DNA of 63,031 nt, filler included, from Octopus bimaculoides (lineage: Eukaryota), in assembly GCF_001194135.2 (NCBI RefSeq). It is 4 parts of 4 records of this genome, joined end to end, with 100 filler letters (N's around TTAATTAATTAA, not from the genome) between each part and the next. Parts side by side here need not be neighbours in the genome. Positions count along the whole stretch, not along the records: positions 1 to 30,473 come from NC_068997.1; positions 30,574 to 55,152 come from NC_069002.1; 2 more parts are not named here. One strand, given 5' to 3'. The notes beneath the pieces were generated by a model. It did no database searches. It was not told where the DNA came from and saw nothing but the letters and a program-made list of their open reading frames with translations. A program made the position numbers and the translations under genes. Position 1 is the first letter of the stretch; the number at the start of each line of letters is the position of its first letter. Positions 24,966-38,308 of this stretch are shown here, in pieces.

Positions 24966-25336
24966 TGGCACTAGGCTATGTTTTTTTGGAAACATTACTG
25001 CTACATTCCAAGCAATAACATCTTGAGAACATAATTCCTTGAAGAAGCCACCGTTGTTAATTGCAGTCACGCCTCATCGAATAAGAACGCTATTTCCCTT
25101 TATTTAACCATAGCATATCTAGGATTACATTATTGCAGTGTTCGGTTATAGGCTTCTTTTAAGGATGTGACTTCAAGAAGACTTGGCTGCTATTTCTAAA
25201 TATAGCCTGTTTAATTTGCATTTTAGTTTGTGTTGTTGTTTAACCCTAGGTCGCCTGAATTATACACTGATATAAAGCTTGAAACACGTGTACCGCAGAA
25301 TCCTTTGTATTTTTGTTGTTATTTTTGGGATTTACA

Positions 25337-25368
<32 letters not shown>

Positions 25369-25921
25369 NNNNNNNNNNNNNNNNNNNNNNNNNNNNNNNN
25401 NNNNNNNNNNNNNNNNNNNNNNNNNNNNNNNNNNNNNNNNNNNNNNNNNNNNNNNNNNNNNNNNNNNNNNNNNNNNNNNNNNNNNNNNNNNNNNNNNNNN
25501 NNNNNNNNNNNNNNNNNNNNNNNNNNNNNNNNNNNNNNNNNNNNNNNNNNNNNNNNNNNNNNNNNNNNNNNNNNNNNNNNNNNNNNNNNNNNNNNNNNNN
25601 NNNNNNNNNNNNNNNNNNNNNNNNNNNNNNNNNNNNNNNNNNNNNNNNNNNNNNNNNNNNNNNNNNNNNNNNNNNNNNNNNNNNNNNNNNNNNNNNNNNN
25701 NNNNNNNNNNNNNNNNNNNNNNNNNNNNNNNNNNNNNNNNNNNNNNNNNNNNNNNNNNNNNNNNNNNNNNNNNNNNNNNNNNNNNNNNNNNNNNNNNNNN
25801 NNNNNNNNNNNNNNNNNNNNNNNNNNNNNNNNNNNNNNNNNNNNNNNNNNNNNNNNNNNNNNNNNNNNNNNNNNNNNNNNNNNNNNNNNNNNNNNNNNNN
25901 NNNNNNNNNNNNNNNNNNNNN

Positions 25922-26117
25922 CCCCACCATCGCTTGACAATGGATGTTGCTGTGTCTACGTCCCCGTAACATAGCGGTTTGGCAAAAGAAACCGATAGCA
26001 TAAGTACTAGGCTTACAAAGAATAAGTCCTGGTGGTCGTTTTGTTCAACCGAAGGCGGTGCTCCAGCATGGCCGCAGTCAAATGGCTGAAACAAATGAAA
26101 GAGTAAAAGAGTAAACA
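25922..26117 (+). mobile_element. SINE family B, 3' half (5' part in gap)
   Basis: ccccaccatcgcttgacaa...ccccgtaac...taagtactaggcttacaaagaataagtcctgg...ggcggtgctccagcatggccgcagtcaaat. Confidence 0.9.
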
Positions 26118-26139
26118 AACAGACTCCGGTGTTTATGTT

Positions 26140-26445
26140 CTTAAGTCTGGTTCTTATTCTATGGTCTCTTTAGCCGAATCGCTAAGTTAGGGGACGTAAA
26201 CAAACCAAGTACTGGCTGGGAGAAAAGCACAAAAGCGTACATACATATACATACACACCCAAATACAAAGTCACGCACACATACACACACACACACATTG
26301 TGACGGGCTTCCACACTGCTGCCGTCAACCAAATCCATTTACATGGCTTTGGTCGGCTCGTGGCTATAGTAGAAGACACTTGCCCAAGGTGCAGCATGGT
26401 GAAACTGAACTTGAAACCACGGATTGCAATGCGGGCTTCTTAACC
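26140..26445 (-). mobile_element. SINE family B
   Basis: gccgaatcgctaagttaggggacgtaaac...gacgggcttcc...aaccaaatcca...gaagacacttgcccaagg. Confidence 0.85.
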
Positions 26446-27446
26446 AACGATGAAAGGCGTTTCCGTCTTGATCATCACGTCTTTCTTATACTCTGTCTAG
26501 ATTGAATGGGCTTATAATGAAAGATGTTCCAAACGTGACAGTCAAGCAAGAGAGTAGGGGTTAATTTCAAACAAGGTGAACCACCATATAGAGACCGCCT
26601 CATTGCCTTACTCAAAATACAGCCTATGTTGCTTAATTCTCAAACATTTTACTTAGGTGTTAGCTATTGTTGCAGATAAAGGAGAGCCTATTATTTGCCG
26701 TCTATTTGGATGTTAGCCATTTTCATATAGAATATCACAATTAATAAATGGCATTTAAATTCGCTTTCTTTTTCAAGCGTTTTGTCTTCGTTTAGTCTTA
26801 CATTGACCATCATTAAACATTTGTCAGTTCAAACAAATGTGAATATTTTAATTACAGTTACGTGATCGATGAGTAATTAAGTGGCAACGTTCGGTGGTAT
26901 TATGACGCTAAAATGAGAGAAGTAATTAATTAAACACCCTAAACATCATATATTATAATGTGAGAACAAATCAGAGATAATTTCCTGCAGTACATAACTG
27001 TTGCTATTGTTATTTAACCCTGGGACAGCTTTAACGTGTTCTTTTACACACCCAGCATCTGAATGATTTAGCTAGAATTTGTGCGCAGCCTGGGTCAACC
27101 TCTGAATTTGTCCCTCTTCCTCCTACCGAGTCCTCAAACCTATACAGGCTTATATAGCATACCCAAAAGGTGCTGCTCCCATTAAAGTCTCACCCGAGGC
27201 GGACTGCCTCAGTGCACACTCTCCAAGCTACGCTACTGTAGTATTTTTTATAATTACTATGACACGTGGCTTTGGACTACATTGTCTAATGTGTCCTTTT
27301 TTTAATGACTGCGGTGTAATTTGACGGGCATTTGGTGGTTATTTTTAGAAGGTCAAACTGCCATGTTGTGGGTTCCTATTTCAGGTTCGCAGTATGATGT
27401 GATATTAAACTATGAAAGGGTTCAATAAAAAAGTAAGGCAGAGTTA

Positions 27447-27592
27447 AATGTCTGTAATTCAAAGGGTCAGCCTTGTCACACTGTGTCACGCTGAATCTTC
27501 CCGAGAACTACGTTAAGAGTACACGTGTCTGTGGAGTGCTCAGCCACTTGCACGTTAATTTCATGAGCAGGCTGTTCCGTTGATCGTCCATC
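27447..27592 (+). mobile_element. SINE family C, 3' body only
   Basis: tgtaattcaaagggtcagccttgtcacactgtgtcacgctgaat...gagaactacgttaag...cacttgcacgttaatttca. Confidence 0.88.
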
Positions 27593-28034
27593 AATTTAGA
27601 CCCGATCCAAGTAGTTTATGTCACTTTCTTAATGTAGAACACTCAACGCTAATCTCTTAGTTTTATGGCTTCATCTTATACATTGACGACTGTGGAGTAG
27701 GAATAATAAAATAGCAGTTTCTAAAATGCCAGACTTTCTACCGAGAATTTCTGTCATGAAACGGTTTAACTGCTGTCGTTGTTGCTGCTGATGTTGTTCT
27801 TGTTGCTGTTTTATATCCCTAGCATGATTATATCTATTATAAGATAACGTAGTATTATCATTATATTTTTATTGGGGATTAGCTTTATTATTATTATTGT
27901 TGTTATTGTTGTTGTTATATAGTATTAAAAATTTAAACGTGTTACAGTGAGAATTTTATTGTATGGCAATATGGTTATCATGTGATAAATTCATAGAATA
28001 TGGTGTTATAATGACATTATTATGTAATTTTGTT

Positions 28035-28068
<34 letters not shown>

Positions 28069-28859
28069 NNNNNNNNNNNNNNNNNNNNNNNNNNNNNNNN
28101 NNNNNNNNNNNNNNNNNNNNNNNNNNNNNNNNNNNNNNNNNNNNNNNNNNNNNNNNNNNNNNNNNNNNNNNNNNNNNNNNNNNNNNNNNNNNNNNNNNNN
28201 NNNNNNNNNNNNNNNNNNNNNNNNNNNNNNNNNNNNNNNNNNNNNNNNNNNNNNNNNNNNNNNNNNNNNNNNNNNNNNNNNNNNNNNNNNNNNNNNTATA
28301 TATATATATATATATATGCTTTTATGTGATATTTAGGAGATCTACTTGTCTAGCGAGTGACATGTGAGAGCGCGTGTTGAAAATGGATAAAATATAACCG
28401 TGGAAGAGCTATTTAATAACACATAAATCTATTAAATTCACTTTAAATTGCTGTCCAGCCAGATCCCATTTGTACGAAGAAAAATTTAAAACCTCATCAA
28501 ATAAATTTAAAGTATATTTAATACCCTTTATGTGATGGCTTAATATTCTATTCTGATACGAAGTGGGTAGAATGTCTGAGAAGTTAAAGCGTCGAGCAAA
28601 GTACTTTGCGATATGTATTCCATCTCTTGAAATTCTCTGTTCCAATCGCACAAAAGTCAGTTCCTCTGGGACAGTGTTTTACAGCTGGATGCCCTTCATG
28701 TCGCCAAATCTTTCAATCACCTCTTACGACAGGCCTGGATATGTCGAGTCCAGCATTTAAGAACTTCCCGGATGAATATTATGTATCTCACTACTTAGGT
28801 ACAAGGCCTGAACTTTGGGGAAATGGGCTTATCAATTACATCAGCTCCACTACTTGACT

Positions 28860-29149
28860 GTGGAGGCGCAATGGCCCAGTGGTAAGGGCAGCGGACTCAC
28901 GGTCATAGGATCGCGGTTTCGATTCCCAGACCGGGCGTTCTGAGTGTTTATTGAGCGAAAACACCTAAAGCTCCACGAGGCTCCGGCAGGGGATGGTGGC
29001 GAACCCTGCTGTACTCTTTCCCCACATCTTTCTCTCACTCTTACTTCCTGTTTCTGTTGTGTCTGTCATTCAAAGGGTTAGCCTTGTCACACTGTGTCAC
29101 GCTAAATATCCCCGAGAACTACGTTAAGGGTACACGTGTCTGTGGAGTG
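28860..29149 (+). mobile_element. SINE family C, cut by a gap
   Basis: tRNA-like head gtggaggcgcaatggcccagtggtaagggcagcggactc...ggtttcgattcccagaccggg. Confidence 0.92.
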
Positions 29150-30109
29150 NNNNNNNNNNNNNNNNNNNNNNNNNNNNNNNNNNNNNNNNNNNNNNNNNNN
29201 NNNNNNNNNNNNNNNNNNNNNNNNNNNNNNNNNNNNNNNNNNNNNNNNNNNNNNNNNNNNNNNNNNNNNNNNNNNNNNNNNNNNNNNNNNNNNNNNNNNN
29301 NNNNNNNNNNNNNNNNNNNNNNNNNNNNNNNNNNNNNNNNNNNNNNNNNNNNNNNNNNNNNNNNNNNNNNNNNNNNNNNNNNNNNNNNNNNNNNNNNNNN
29401 NNNNNNNNNNNNNNNNNNNNNNNNNNNNNNNNNNNNNNNNNNNNNNNNNNNNNNNNNNNNNNNNNNNNNNNNNNNNNNNNNNNNNNNNNNNNNNNNNNNN
29501 NNNNNNNNNNNNNNNNNNNNNNNNNNNNNNNNNNNNNNNNNNNNNNNNNNNNNNNNNNNNNNNNNNNNNNNNNNNNNNNNNNNNNNNNNNNNNNNNNNNN
29601 NNNNNNNNNNNNNNNNNNNNNNNNNNNNNNNNNNNNNNNNNNNNNNNNNNNNNNNNNNNNNNNCTGTTTATTACTCTATAAAACACAGCCTTTAATTTTC
29701 ATTGTCCTTTAACAATATACCACACACGAAAATTAAACGGTTTCAGTGCAAAAATCAAAAAGCAAAAACAAAAAGGAGAGGTAGGGGAGACATTAAAGAG
29801 AATGAATACAAATTACTTCTCCACCTAAAAAAAAAGTAGTAATTAAAAAAAAAACAAATAAACATATAAGCCCCAAACTATAATAACAATTTAAATATCA
29901 TCATTTATAAGTTTCAGTGGTTTGTGTGAGCGAGAAGCTTCTCCCGCCGAGCTGCTTGTCTATCAAAAGGAATAGGATAGCAATTTTAGAGTTTGAGGGA
30001 GAGAAAGGAGAGGGAATAGAGAGAGAAAAAAAAGAAAAAGAAGGGAGTGGGAGATTTTTCTTTTTAAACAAAATAAAATTCTTTCTGATGTGAGCTCCTG
30101 GCTGTTAAC

Positions 30110-30473
30110 TACAACAGGGGAGACAATTTTCTTCTATATTGCTTTCAAATTTTGGCCCAAGGCTAGTAAGTCCGAAGGAGGGGGTTAAGTCGATTACATC
30201 GACCTCGTTGTTCAACTGGTACTTAATTTTTCGACCCTGAAAGCATGAAAGGCAAACTCGACGTCGGCGGAAGTTGAACTCAGAACGTAATGACGGACAG
30301 CCTGCTCGTGAAATTAACGTGCAAGTGGCTGAACACTCCACAGACACGTGTACCCTTAACATAGTTCTCGGGGATATTCAGCATGACACAGTGTGACAAG
30401 GCTGACCCTTTTGAATTACAGGTACAGCAGAAACAGGAAGTAAGAGTGAGAGAAAGTTGTGGTGAATGAGTGC
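30110..30473 (-). mobile_element. Chimeric SINE: family C body (30299-30473) joined to headless family A (30110-30298)
   Basis: Junction cagaacgtaatgacggacag|cctgctcgtgaaattaacg with shared acgga(a)cag microhomology. Confidence 0.85.
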
Positions 30474-30573
30474 NNNNNNNNNNNNNNNNNNNNNNNNNNN
30501 NNNNNNNNNNNNNNNNNTTAATTAATTAANNNNNNNNNNNNNNNNNNNNNNNNNNNNNNNNNNNNNNNNNNNN
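30474..30573. other. Artificial scaffold linker N44-TTAATTAATTAA-N44
   Basis: Exactly 44 N + 12 nt + 44 N = 100 bp; identical structure occurs three times; the 12-mer has TAA in all six frames. Confidence 0.95.
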
Positions 30574-30610
<37 letters not shown>

Positions 30611-32016
30611 AAAACAACTTTTATAGGCTATTACCTATCAATATATTTGTATGTCTGTGTGTCTGTATATGTGTGGGTACGTCTGTGCGATATGTGCGTG
30701 TGTATGTATGTGTACGTGTGTGGTGTTGGTGTTTGTGTTTTTAATATGCATACACCATCTAATCATTCTTTTTACCTTTTCGTAAGTATATATAGGCATG
30801 TGTGTCTGCGCGAGAATGTGCATGTGTGAAAGCGTGTGCGTTCGGTTCATCAATAGTCGCCTTGCAGCGAGCATGTTGACATACCCAGCCATTGTCTGGG
30901 CAAATGTGGGGATGATGTGTATATATTTTCATTCACTTATAAAATCGTTTACTCATTCCTCTTTTCCTTTTTATTTTTTTACGTACAGATTCCTGTGTGT
31001 CTATTTATACTTTTCTATATATATATATATACATATATAANNNNNNNNNNNNNNNNNNNNNNNNNNNNNNNNNNNNNNNNNNNNNNNNNNNNNNNNNNNN
31101 NNNNNNNNNNNNNNNNNNNNNNNNNNNNNNNNNNNNNNNNNNNNNNNNNNNNNNNNNNNNNNNNNNNNNNNNNNNNNNNNNNNNNNNNNNNNNNNNNNNN
31201 NNNNNNNNNNNNNNNNNNNNNNNNNNNNNNNNNNNNNNNNNNNNNNNNNNNNNNNNNNNNNNNNNNNNNNNNNNNNNNNNNNNNNNNNNNNNNNNNNNNN
31301 NNNNNNNNNNNNNNNNNNNNNNNNNNNNNNNNNNNNNNNNNNNNNNNNNNNNNNNNNNNNNNNNNNNNNNNNNNNNNNNNNNNNNNNNNNNNNNNNNNNN
31401 NNNNNNNNNNNNNNNNNNNNNNNNNNNNNNNNNNNNNNNNNNNNNNNNNNNNNNNNNNNNNNNNNNNNNNNNNNNNNNNNNNNNNNNNNNNNNNNNNNNN
31501 NNNNNNNNNNNNNNNNNNNNNNNNNNNNNNNNNNNNNNNNNNNNNNNNNNNNNNNNNNNNNNNNNNNNNNNNNNNNNNNNNNNNNNNNNNNNNNNNNNNN
31601 NNNNNNNNNNNNNNNNNNNNNNNNNNNNNNNNNNNNNNNNNNNNNNNNNNNNNNNNNNNNNNNNNNNNNNNNNNNNNNNNNNNNNNNNNNNNNNNNNNNN
31701 NNNNNNNNNNNNNNNNNNNNNNNNNNNNNNNNNNNNNNNNNNNNNNNNNNNNNNNNNNNNNNNNNNNNNNNNNNNNNNNNNNNNNNNNNNNNNNNNNNNN
31801 NNNNNNNNNNNNNNNNNNNNNNNNNNNNNNNNNNNNNNNNNNNNNNNNNNNNNNNNNNNNNNNNNNNNNNNNNNNNNNNNNNNNNNNNNNNNNNNNNNNN
31901 NNNNNNNNNNNNNNNNNNNNNNNNNNNNNNNNNNNNNNNNNNNNNNNNNTATATATATATATATATCAGTGTATATATATATATATATATTCTTTTAATC
32001 TTGTATATAGTTATAC

Positions 32017-32052
<36 letters not shown>

Positions 32053-32494
32053 TTGTCCAAATATATTTCATCCGATGTTTAAACCCTCTGTTCGCCTCAA
32101 TGGATGATAAACAGTTTACTGAGTGTATATCGAAAAGAACTTGGATATACAGTATCGCACGCATTCAAGATGACTATTGTGAATATAAAAACACACTCAA
32201 ACAGAAACACACACAAGCCCATACACATAGCCCCCCCCCCACATACACACATACATACATACGCACACAAGCACACAGAGGCACTCACGAACGCACATAC
32301 GCACGCACATACGCACACATGTATATATATGGATGTATATGCGTGTATGTATGTATGTGTGTGTATATATGCGTATAAAAGTATATGTACACGTATACAC
32401 ATATGTGTATAAGTAAATGCTCGCACATATGTAAAAATATATGTATATGTCCATATATATATATAGTACAAATGCATATACATGTATAAATAGA

Positions 32495-32546
<52 letters not shown>

Positions 32547-33407
32547 NNNNNNNNNNNNNNNNNNNNNNNNNNNNNNNNNNNNNNNNNNNNNNNNNNNNNN
32601 NNNNNNNNNNNNNNNNNNNNNNNNNNNNNNNNNNNNNNNNNNNNNNNNNNNNNNNNNNNNNNNNNNNNNNNNNNNNNNNNNNNNNNNNNNNNNNNNNNNN
32701 NNNNNNNNNNNNNNNNNNNNNNNNNNNNNNNNNNNNNNNNNNNNNNNNNNNNNNNNNNNNNNNNNNNNNNNNNNNNNNNNNNNNNNNNNNNNNNNNNNNN
32801 NNNNNNNNNNNNNNNNNNNNNNNNNNNNNNNNNNNNNNNNNNNNNNNNNNNNNNNNNNNNNNNNNNNNNNNNNNNNNNNNNNNNNNNNNNNNNNNNNNNN
32901 NNNNNNNNNNNNNNNNNNNNNNNNNNNNNNNNNNNNNNNNNNNNNNNNNNNNNNNNNNNNNNNNNNNNNNNNNNNNNNNNNNNNNNNNNNNNNNNNNNNN
33001 NNNNNNNNNNNNNNNNNNNNNNNNNNNNNNNNNNNNNNNNNNNNNNNNNNNNNNNNNNNNNNNNNNNNNNNNNNNNNNNNNNNNNNNNNNNNNNNNNNNN
33101 NNNNNNNNNNNNNNNNNNNNNNNNNNNNNNNNNNNNNNNNNNNNNNNNNNNNNNNNNNNNNNNNNNNNNNNNNNNNNNNNNNNNNNNNNNNNNNNNNNNN
33201 NNNNNNNNNNNNNNNNNNNNNNNNNNNNNNNNNNNNNNNNNNNNNNNNNNNNNNNNNNNNNNNNNNNNNNNNNNNNNNNNNNNNNNNNNNNNNNNNNNNN
33301 NNNNNNNNNNNNNNNNNNNNNNNNNNNNNNNNNNNNNNNNNNNNNNNNNNNNNNNNNNNNNNNNNNNNNNNNNNNNNNNNNNNNNNNNNNNNNNNNNNNN
33401 NNNNNNN

Positions 33408-33444
<37 letters not shown>

Positions 33445-35171
33445 GAATACACCTTATTTTCTTACACGCACAAGCACACACATACAAATACACATACGCA
33501 TATATGGTCATATGCACAAACATACACAGACACACATACATAACCTCGCGCGTGCGCACATACACACATGCACACATACGCGATTATATACATTGTTAAA
33601 GCGATTGATACACTCTGCTATGTTCTTCGTTCACGCCTTTCACCCTTAATCTATGGCACCTACACGCACACAAATAACGCTTTGTTCCTCTTTGGTTTAG
33701 AGCCACAAAACAAACGACAAAGCTTTCAAGGGCAGAATTTCTATTGTCTTATATTCCTTTATCAGACCCAGTTAATAAAGGCATACATACATTTGCTTTC
33801 TTCAAGGAATTGATATTTCCTGTACTAAATTCTTCAAACTTTCTTTAATCTCGAAATGTTTTCCACCAACTCCTTTTATTTTCCTTGAATGTCAACTAAG
33901 AACACTAGAAATCTTGTTTCATTTTTTTTTTTTTTTGCACAACTGTATATGTCATGTGGTACATTCCCTCTTTTATCGAATTACTATCTGAAGGTCCCAT
34001 CAGATGTGTGTATGAATGTGCAAGAGTGTATATGTCTTTTGTAAGTTTCTGAGTAATTGTATTTGCGTTCTTTGTATACATCCCATAGTACGTAATCGTG
34101 TATATGCCTAGACGAAAACGCTAGTAACATTGAACAGCTTATATGCGTTTGCAATTTAGTTTTCGGTTTTTCTTGCGGTTATTGTTCATCTACGTGATAC
34201 AGGGTTTTTTCTTCTTTGGATATGGGAGAAATATTTGATATCGTATTACTCTCAGTATAGGAAAGAAACGTTTAATTAAATGTAAACTTATCGTGTAATC
34301 TAAGAGTTTACTTTGTCTTAAAGTCACGGATGTTAATTAAATAACGTAAGTTTTCTCAGAAAATGTCATTTTCTGAGAGAAAGAACAACGATTGCTACAA
34401 AATTTGCATGGTGACAAACTTTGATCCTACTGTAGTTGATTAGCCCACAAGTCAACCATCCTTTATGAGGCTGATAATGAAGGATGTTCCTGTTGTGAAC
34501 ATCCTCACTTTTCTCTTCATTTCTTTTTTTTAATATAACATGTCCAGGAATATATAATAATAGACTCGCGATTTTTCGACAACTTGCACGGAGACGTGTG
34601 GCACTTACTGTGGTGATTCTTTAAGATGTAGGGATAAGTAAGGAAGTTGTTGTTACTTTGAACTCGTTGTTGGAGAGTTTTAGTGTAGGTGTTCAGATAA
34701 ATAGTCTTCAATCGAAAGCTATGACGTCGGTGCTGGATTCAACCGAGGGGGTATATTATTAACTCTCCATATTATAATCTTTCTGAAGTTTATTGATATC
34801 TGCAGTGGTATAAGAGTCGAACGATATAAAATTAATTTGAGTGGTACTGACATAATATTTGGTACAATTCACCTCGTCAGAATCTGAACTTCAGCATGCA
34901 CTGAAACGATTCATTGTTGAATGCTTTAAAGCAGAGAAAAAATCTATTTTTACAAAGATTGAGATATTTATCGCCTGCTCAGTGGAACCACACTGACCCA
35001 GGAGAAAGTTTTACGAATGAAAAACTACAGCAATTTGATTTCGAGGTAAGAATTGTTCGTGCTTGTGAAATACTCAGCCAACTTAAAGTTTTTATCCTTG
35101 GGAGAAACGAGATATGCGAAAAACGTCATGCTCTCCATGTTCCATTCGGATTTTGCGTGTAACCTTACTTA

Positions 35172-35463
35172 TAGTCATTGAGCGGGAGCCCAACAAAACA
35201 CCTAGTAACACGACAGATGAACTGAAGGCAAGAATTATGGTAGCATTCACCAACTTAATCAAAGAGACCGTCCAGAAGAGTTGCAGGAAATTCCGAAGTC
35301 GTCTGGAGGCCGTTGTTAAATACAATGGCGATTTTATTGAATAAATTTTCTCTCTAATATTTCAAGATAATTTAAGTTTGGTAAATATATCTGTTAAAAT
35401 GAGATGACAGTGTTATTCTTATTTGTGCATAATTTAGAAGAGAGTCCATTCACCCGCACCCTG
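35172..35463 (+). mobile_element. Tc1/mariner-superfamily transposase C-terminal remnant and right end
   Basis: IEREPNKTPSNTTDELKARIMVAFTNLIKETVQKSCRKFRSRLEAVVKYNGDFIE* (typical ...RL..C...G..FE terminus); terminal cacccgcaccctg followed by TA. Confidence 0.82.
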
Positions 35464-35489
35464 TACGCGTGGGGATGCTGAAAACTTGG

Positions 35490-35648
35490 TGGCGAGAGAA
35501 CTGGTTGGAGTCCCAGCATTCCGTGTTCCTTTACAGGGTTTAGAAAAACTGAAGGACCGCTGCAAGAGATGTGTGAATTCGAGAGGAGAATATGTTGAAT
35601 AACATCATAATTTACCTAAAGCTAGGAACTTTTTTCAACCTCCCCTCG
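35490..35648 (+). mobile_element. Mariner-type transposase 3' remnant and right TIR
   Basis: GLEKLKDRCKRCVNSRGEYVE* (cf. mariner GI.KL..RW.KC....G.YVE); ends ...ttttcaacctcccctcg + TA. Confidence 0.78.
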
Positions 35649-37118
35649 TATATAAATGTGTGCGTGTGTGTATGTGTGCGTCCATGTATGGATTTATATA
35701 CATATATGCATACATACACGCTCACATAAACACACACACTTGCATACATTTCTATGTATATTGCCTTGCTTGTTATATCACCTGACACATCAAGGCTTAC
35801 AATAGCAGTCTGATTAAACGCGCGTGGCTGTAATACCACAGCGACGTCTCAACTTGCTAAAACTCGCACTCACATCCCAACAACGTTGCATATTTTTATT
35901 ATTACTTTTAATTAAATTCCTGAGTTGTCCCTCCTCCCAACCGCTACCTACTGTGATTAGAGCTAATCGATAATCTAAAATTTTCAATCTCCTCACCTCA
36001 GTTGAAATACAAATTCTCTGAAATATCTGAAATATTTTAATTCCCACTTTACAAAATAGCTGTGTGTGATCGGCTGTAGTTCCAGCGACGAAGGGTGTTA
36101 CAGTAGGCTTGATTCATTCTACTCTTCGTGACCTATTGCTTGCTTATCAATGATTGGTGATAGATCTAAAATGAATATTCAATCATTTTCATAAGTTTCA
36201 TCACAAAAAAATACAAAAGTATTTTGAAGAAAAATAAACCAACAAAACTTACAATTTCTTAGCTTTGTTTTGTTAAAATTATTAAATTTTAACTAATTTT
36301 TATAGTAGTTTTTTTATATTAATCTTTTATTAATTTGTTTTATAAATCTTTATAAAAATAAACCCAATTTAAATCTTTATACATTGCTATGGCTGAAGAA
36401 ACAGATTGCTGATCCGGTTTATTAGATTCTTTAGGCTGTAATGGAATAAATAAATAAATAAATAAATAAGTGATGGCAAAAGAAAGCAAAAGGCTGACTT
36501 TCTTTAGTAGGCAGTCATTCATTCGTAAACGAGAACTAACAACTTCCTGAAATTCGTAGGAAATGAAGCGAGGACAAGTGGGTTTCTTTATGTTTCTTCT
36601 TTCTAAGAACACAATCCTGTGTTCAACATGGAGCAAGAAAACCAGAATAGGAAACTCAATAAGCGTGAAACGAATATTAGTTTTAGCATTTAAGATGTAA
36701 ACATTCATAAAACAAAAAACACACAGAACCGCATATATTATAATAAGGAATAAATTTAAAGGGTTTTAGAAGAGGGGACATGCAAAGTAAGTATACTTGA
36801 AGATATTCTAAATAGCTTAACATGTTTAAACGAAGTGTAGCATTGTCTCTCCGTATTAAGTTTGGGTCTCTGAACAGAAAATAACATAAAATGTTCTGAG
36901 ATCGTGTACAGTCGTCCTCGTTGTTTATTTAGCTCCGTGTCAACCCGTTTTTAAATAGACTTACGAATGGACGACTTCCGTCTGCGAACATGTTACGACA
37001 TTGCACATACATGTGTATGTATGTATGTATGTATGTATGTATGTATGTATGTACAGATACACATATAGATAAATACGTATATACACACATGAAAATGTAC
37101 ATAATTATACATACATAC

Positions 37119-37149
<31 letters not shown>

Positions 37150-37204
37150 TATATTCACTTCATTTTTTACAATACTCTTTATACGAATTCGTATGTTAAA
37201 ACAA

Positions 37205-37405
37205 ATGTCCTTCTGTTTGAGGAGGGCCCTACTGGCTTAATATCTGACACACTCACCGGATCAATTTCCACTCATTTATTATGTTATCTTGTTTTCTGTG
37301 TCTTCCAAAATTTTCGTTGCTTTTGCAACCTTGTCAACGGATGTTTACTCCGTTCGTTTTCAGGGCTGTATCCTTTTTACCTGTTTGAGATCCTTCTGCG
37401 CACGC
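37205..37405 (+). mobile_element. Possible decayed Penelope-type 3' tail
   Basis: T-rich tail resembling those at 16.0 and 18.1 kb; only a very degenerate hammerhead-like trace. Confidence 0.3.
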
Positions 37406-38276
37406 GCGGTGTGTGTGTGTGTGTGTGTGCGCGAATATAGGCAATCATATCACATCTTTTTAGATTCAACTATTCTGGTTAATTCCTCTGGTACAGATAA
37501 AATGACTCTTACACACACACACACTAAAACTGTTCCTTAGAATGTTGAGATGTTCGTCCAATAAAAAGATAGAATGCTTTATTTTAGCCATATCTTGGAA
37601 AGCAACCTTGAATATTTGATTCATACATCTTATTTCTACGTGAAATTTCCACAATTATGTTATACATCTAATAAGCAATATAAAATTTACCAAAAGGAAA
37701 CCATCAAATTAAGTGTATTTAAAAGGGAATCACGTTGAATCTTGAACAAAAGATCATTATATCAATTGACAATCGGAAATAACCATTCATTGGAGAATCA
37801 AAGAGAAAATAATAAATAAGCAAAATGTCGACTGACATACTGACACTGTTTTAACGTAACATTAATCGTATCACATTGAGGTATTTTAGATCTGATAAAG
37901 CAAAGCCAAGAAAAAGACGTACGATTACAAAACGAAAAAGAAACTTCAATGCGAAACAAAATTTGGATTTTCAACCCATTTTGAAATCGTAATTTTCAAA
38001 TAGTAAACAGCTGCATTCAAATATAATGTGGAGGTTGCCAGTGCACTAGGCAAATTTTTGATTTCCATTTAACTTAACTTCCATTGACCTTCTTAAAAGC
38101 GATAGTGTTTAGATAAAACATTATGATTCGCTATTATCGATAATTGTAATCAAGGTGTTCGTTTTTTACTTCTCTCCTTTCAACTATTGTTCTCTAATCT
38201 GTTCAAATATCAGAATCTTTACAAAACGGAGCTTTTGTATTGTTTTGGTAACTTAGTTTTGATCTCGGCGTCGGTT

Positions 38277-38308
<32 letters not shown>

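Noticed and set aside
28860-28935. tRNA genes at SINE heads (also 6886, 43990-44081, 53833)
   Set aside because: A/B boxes are present but there is no complete cloverleaf, and they continue into SINE bodies.
30518-30529. TTAATTAATTAA as a homeodomain-site cluster
   Set aside because: Sits in an exact N44/N44 frame three times; synthetic linker.
37215-37250. Fifth hammerhead candidate (ttgagga-gggcc-ctact-ggctt-aatatc)
   Set aside because: C3 and GAAA are both lost and stem I is not supported; too degenerate to call.
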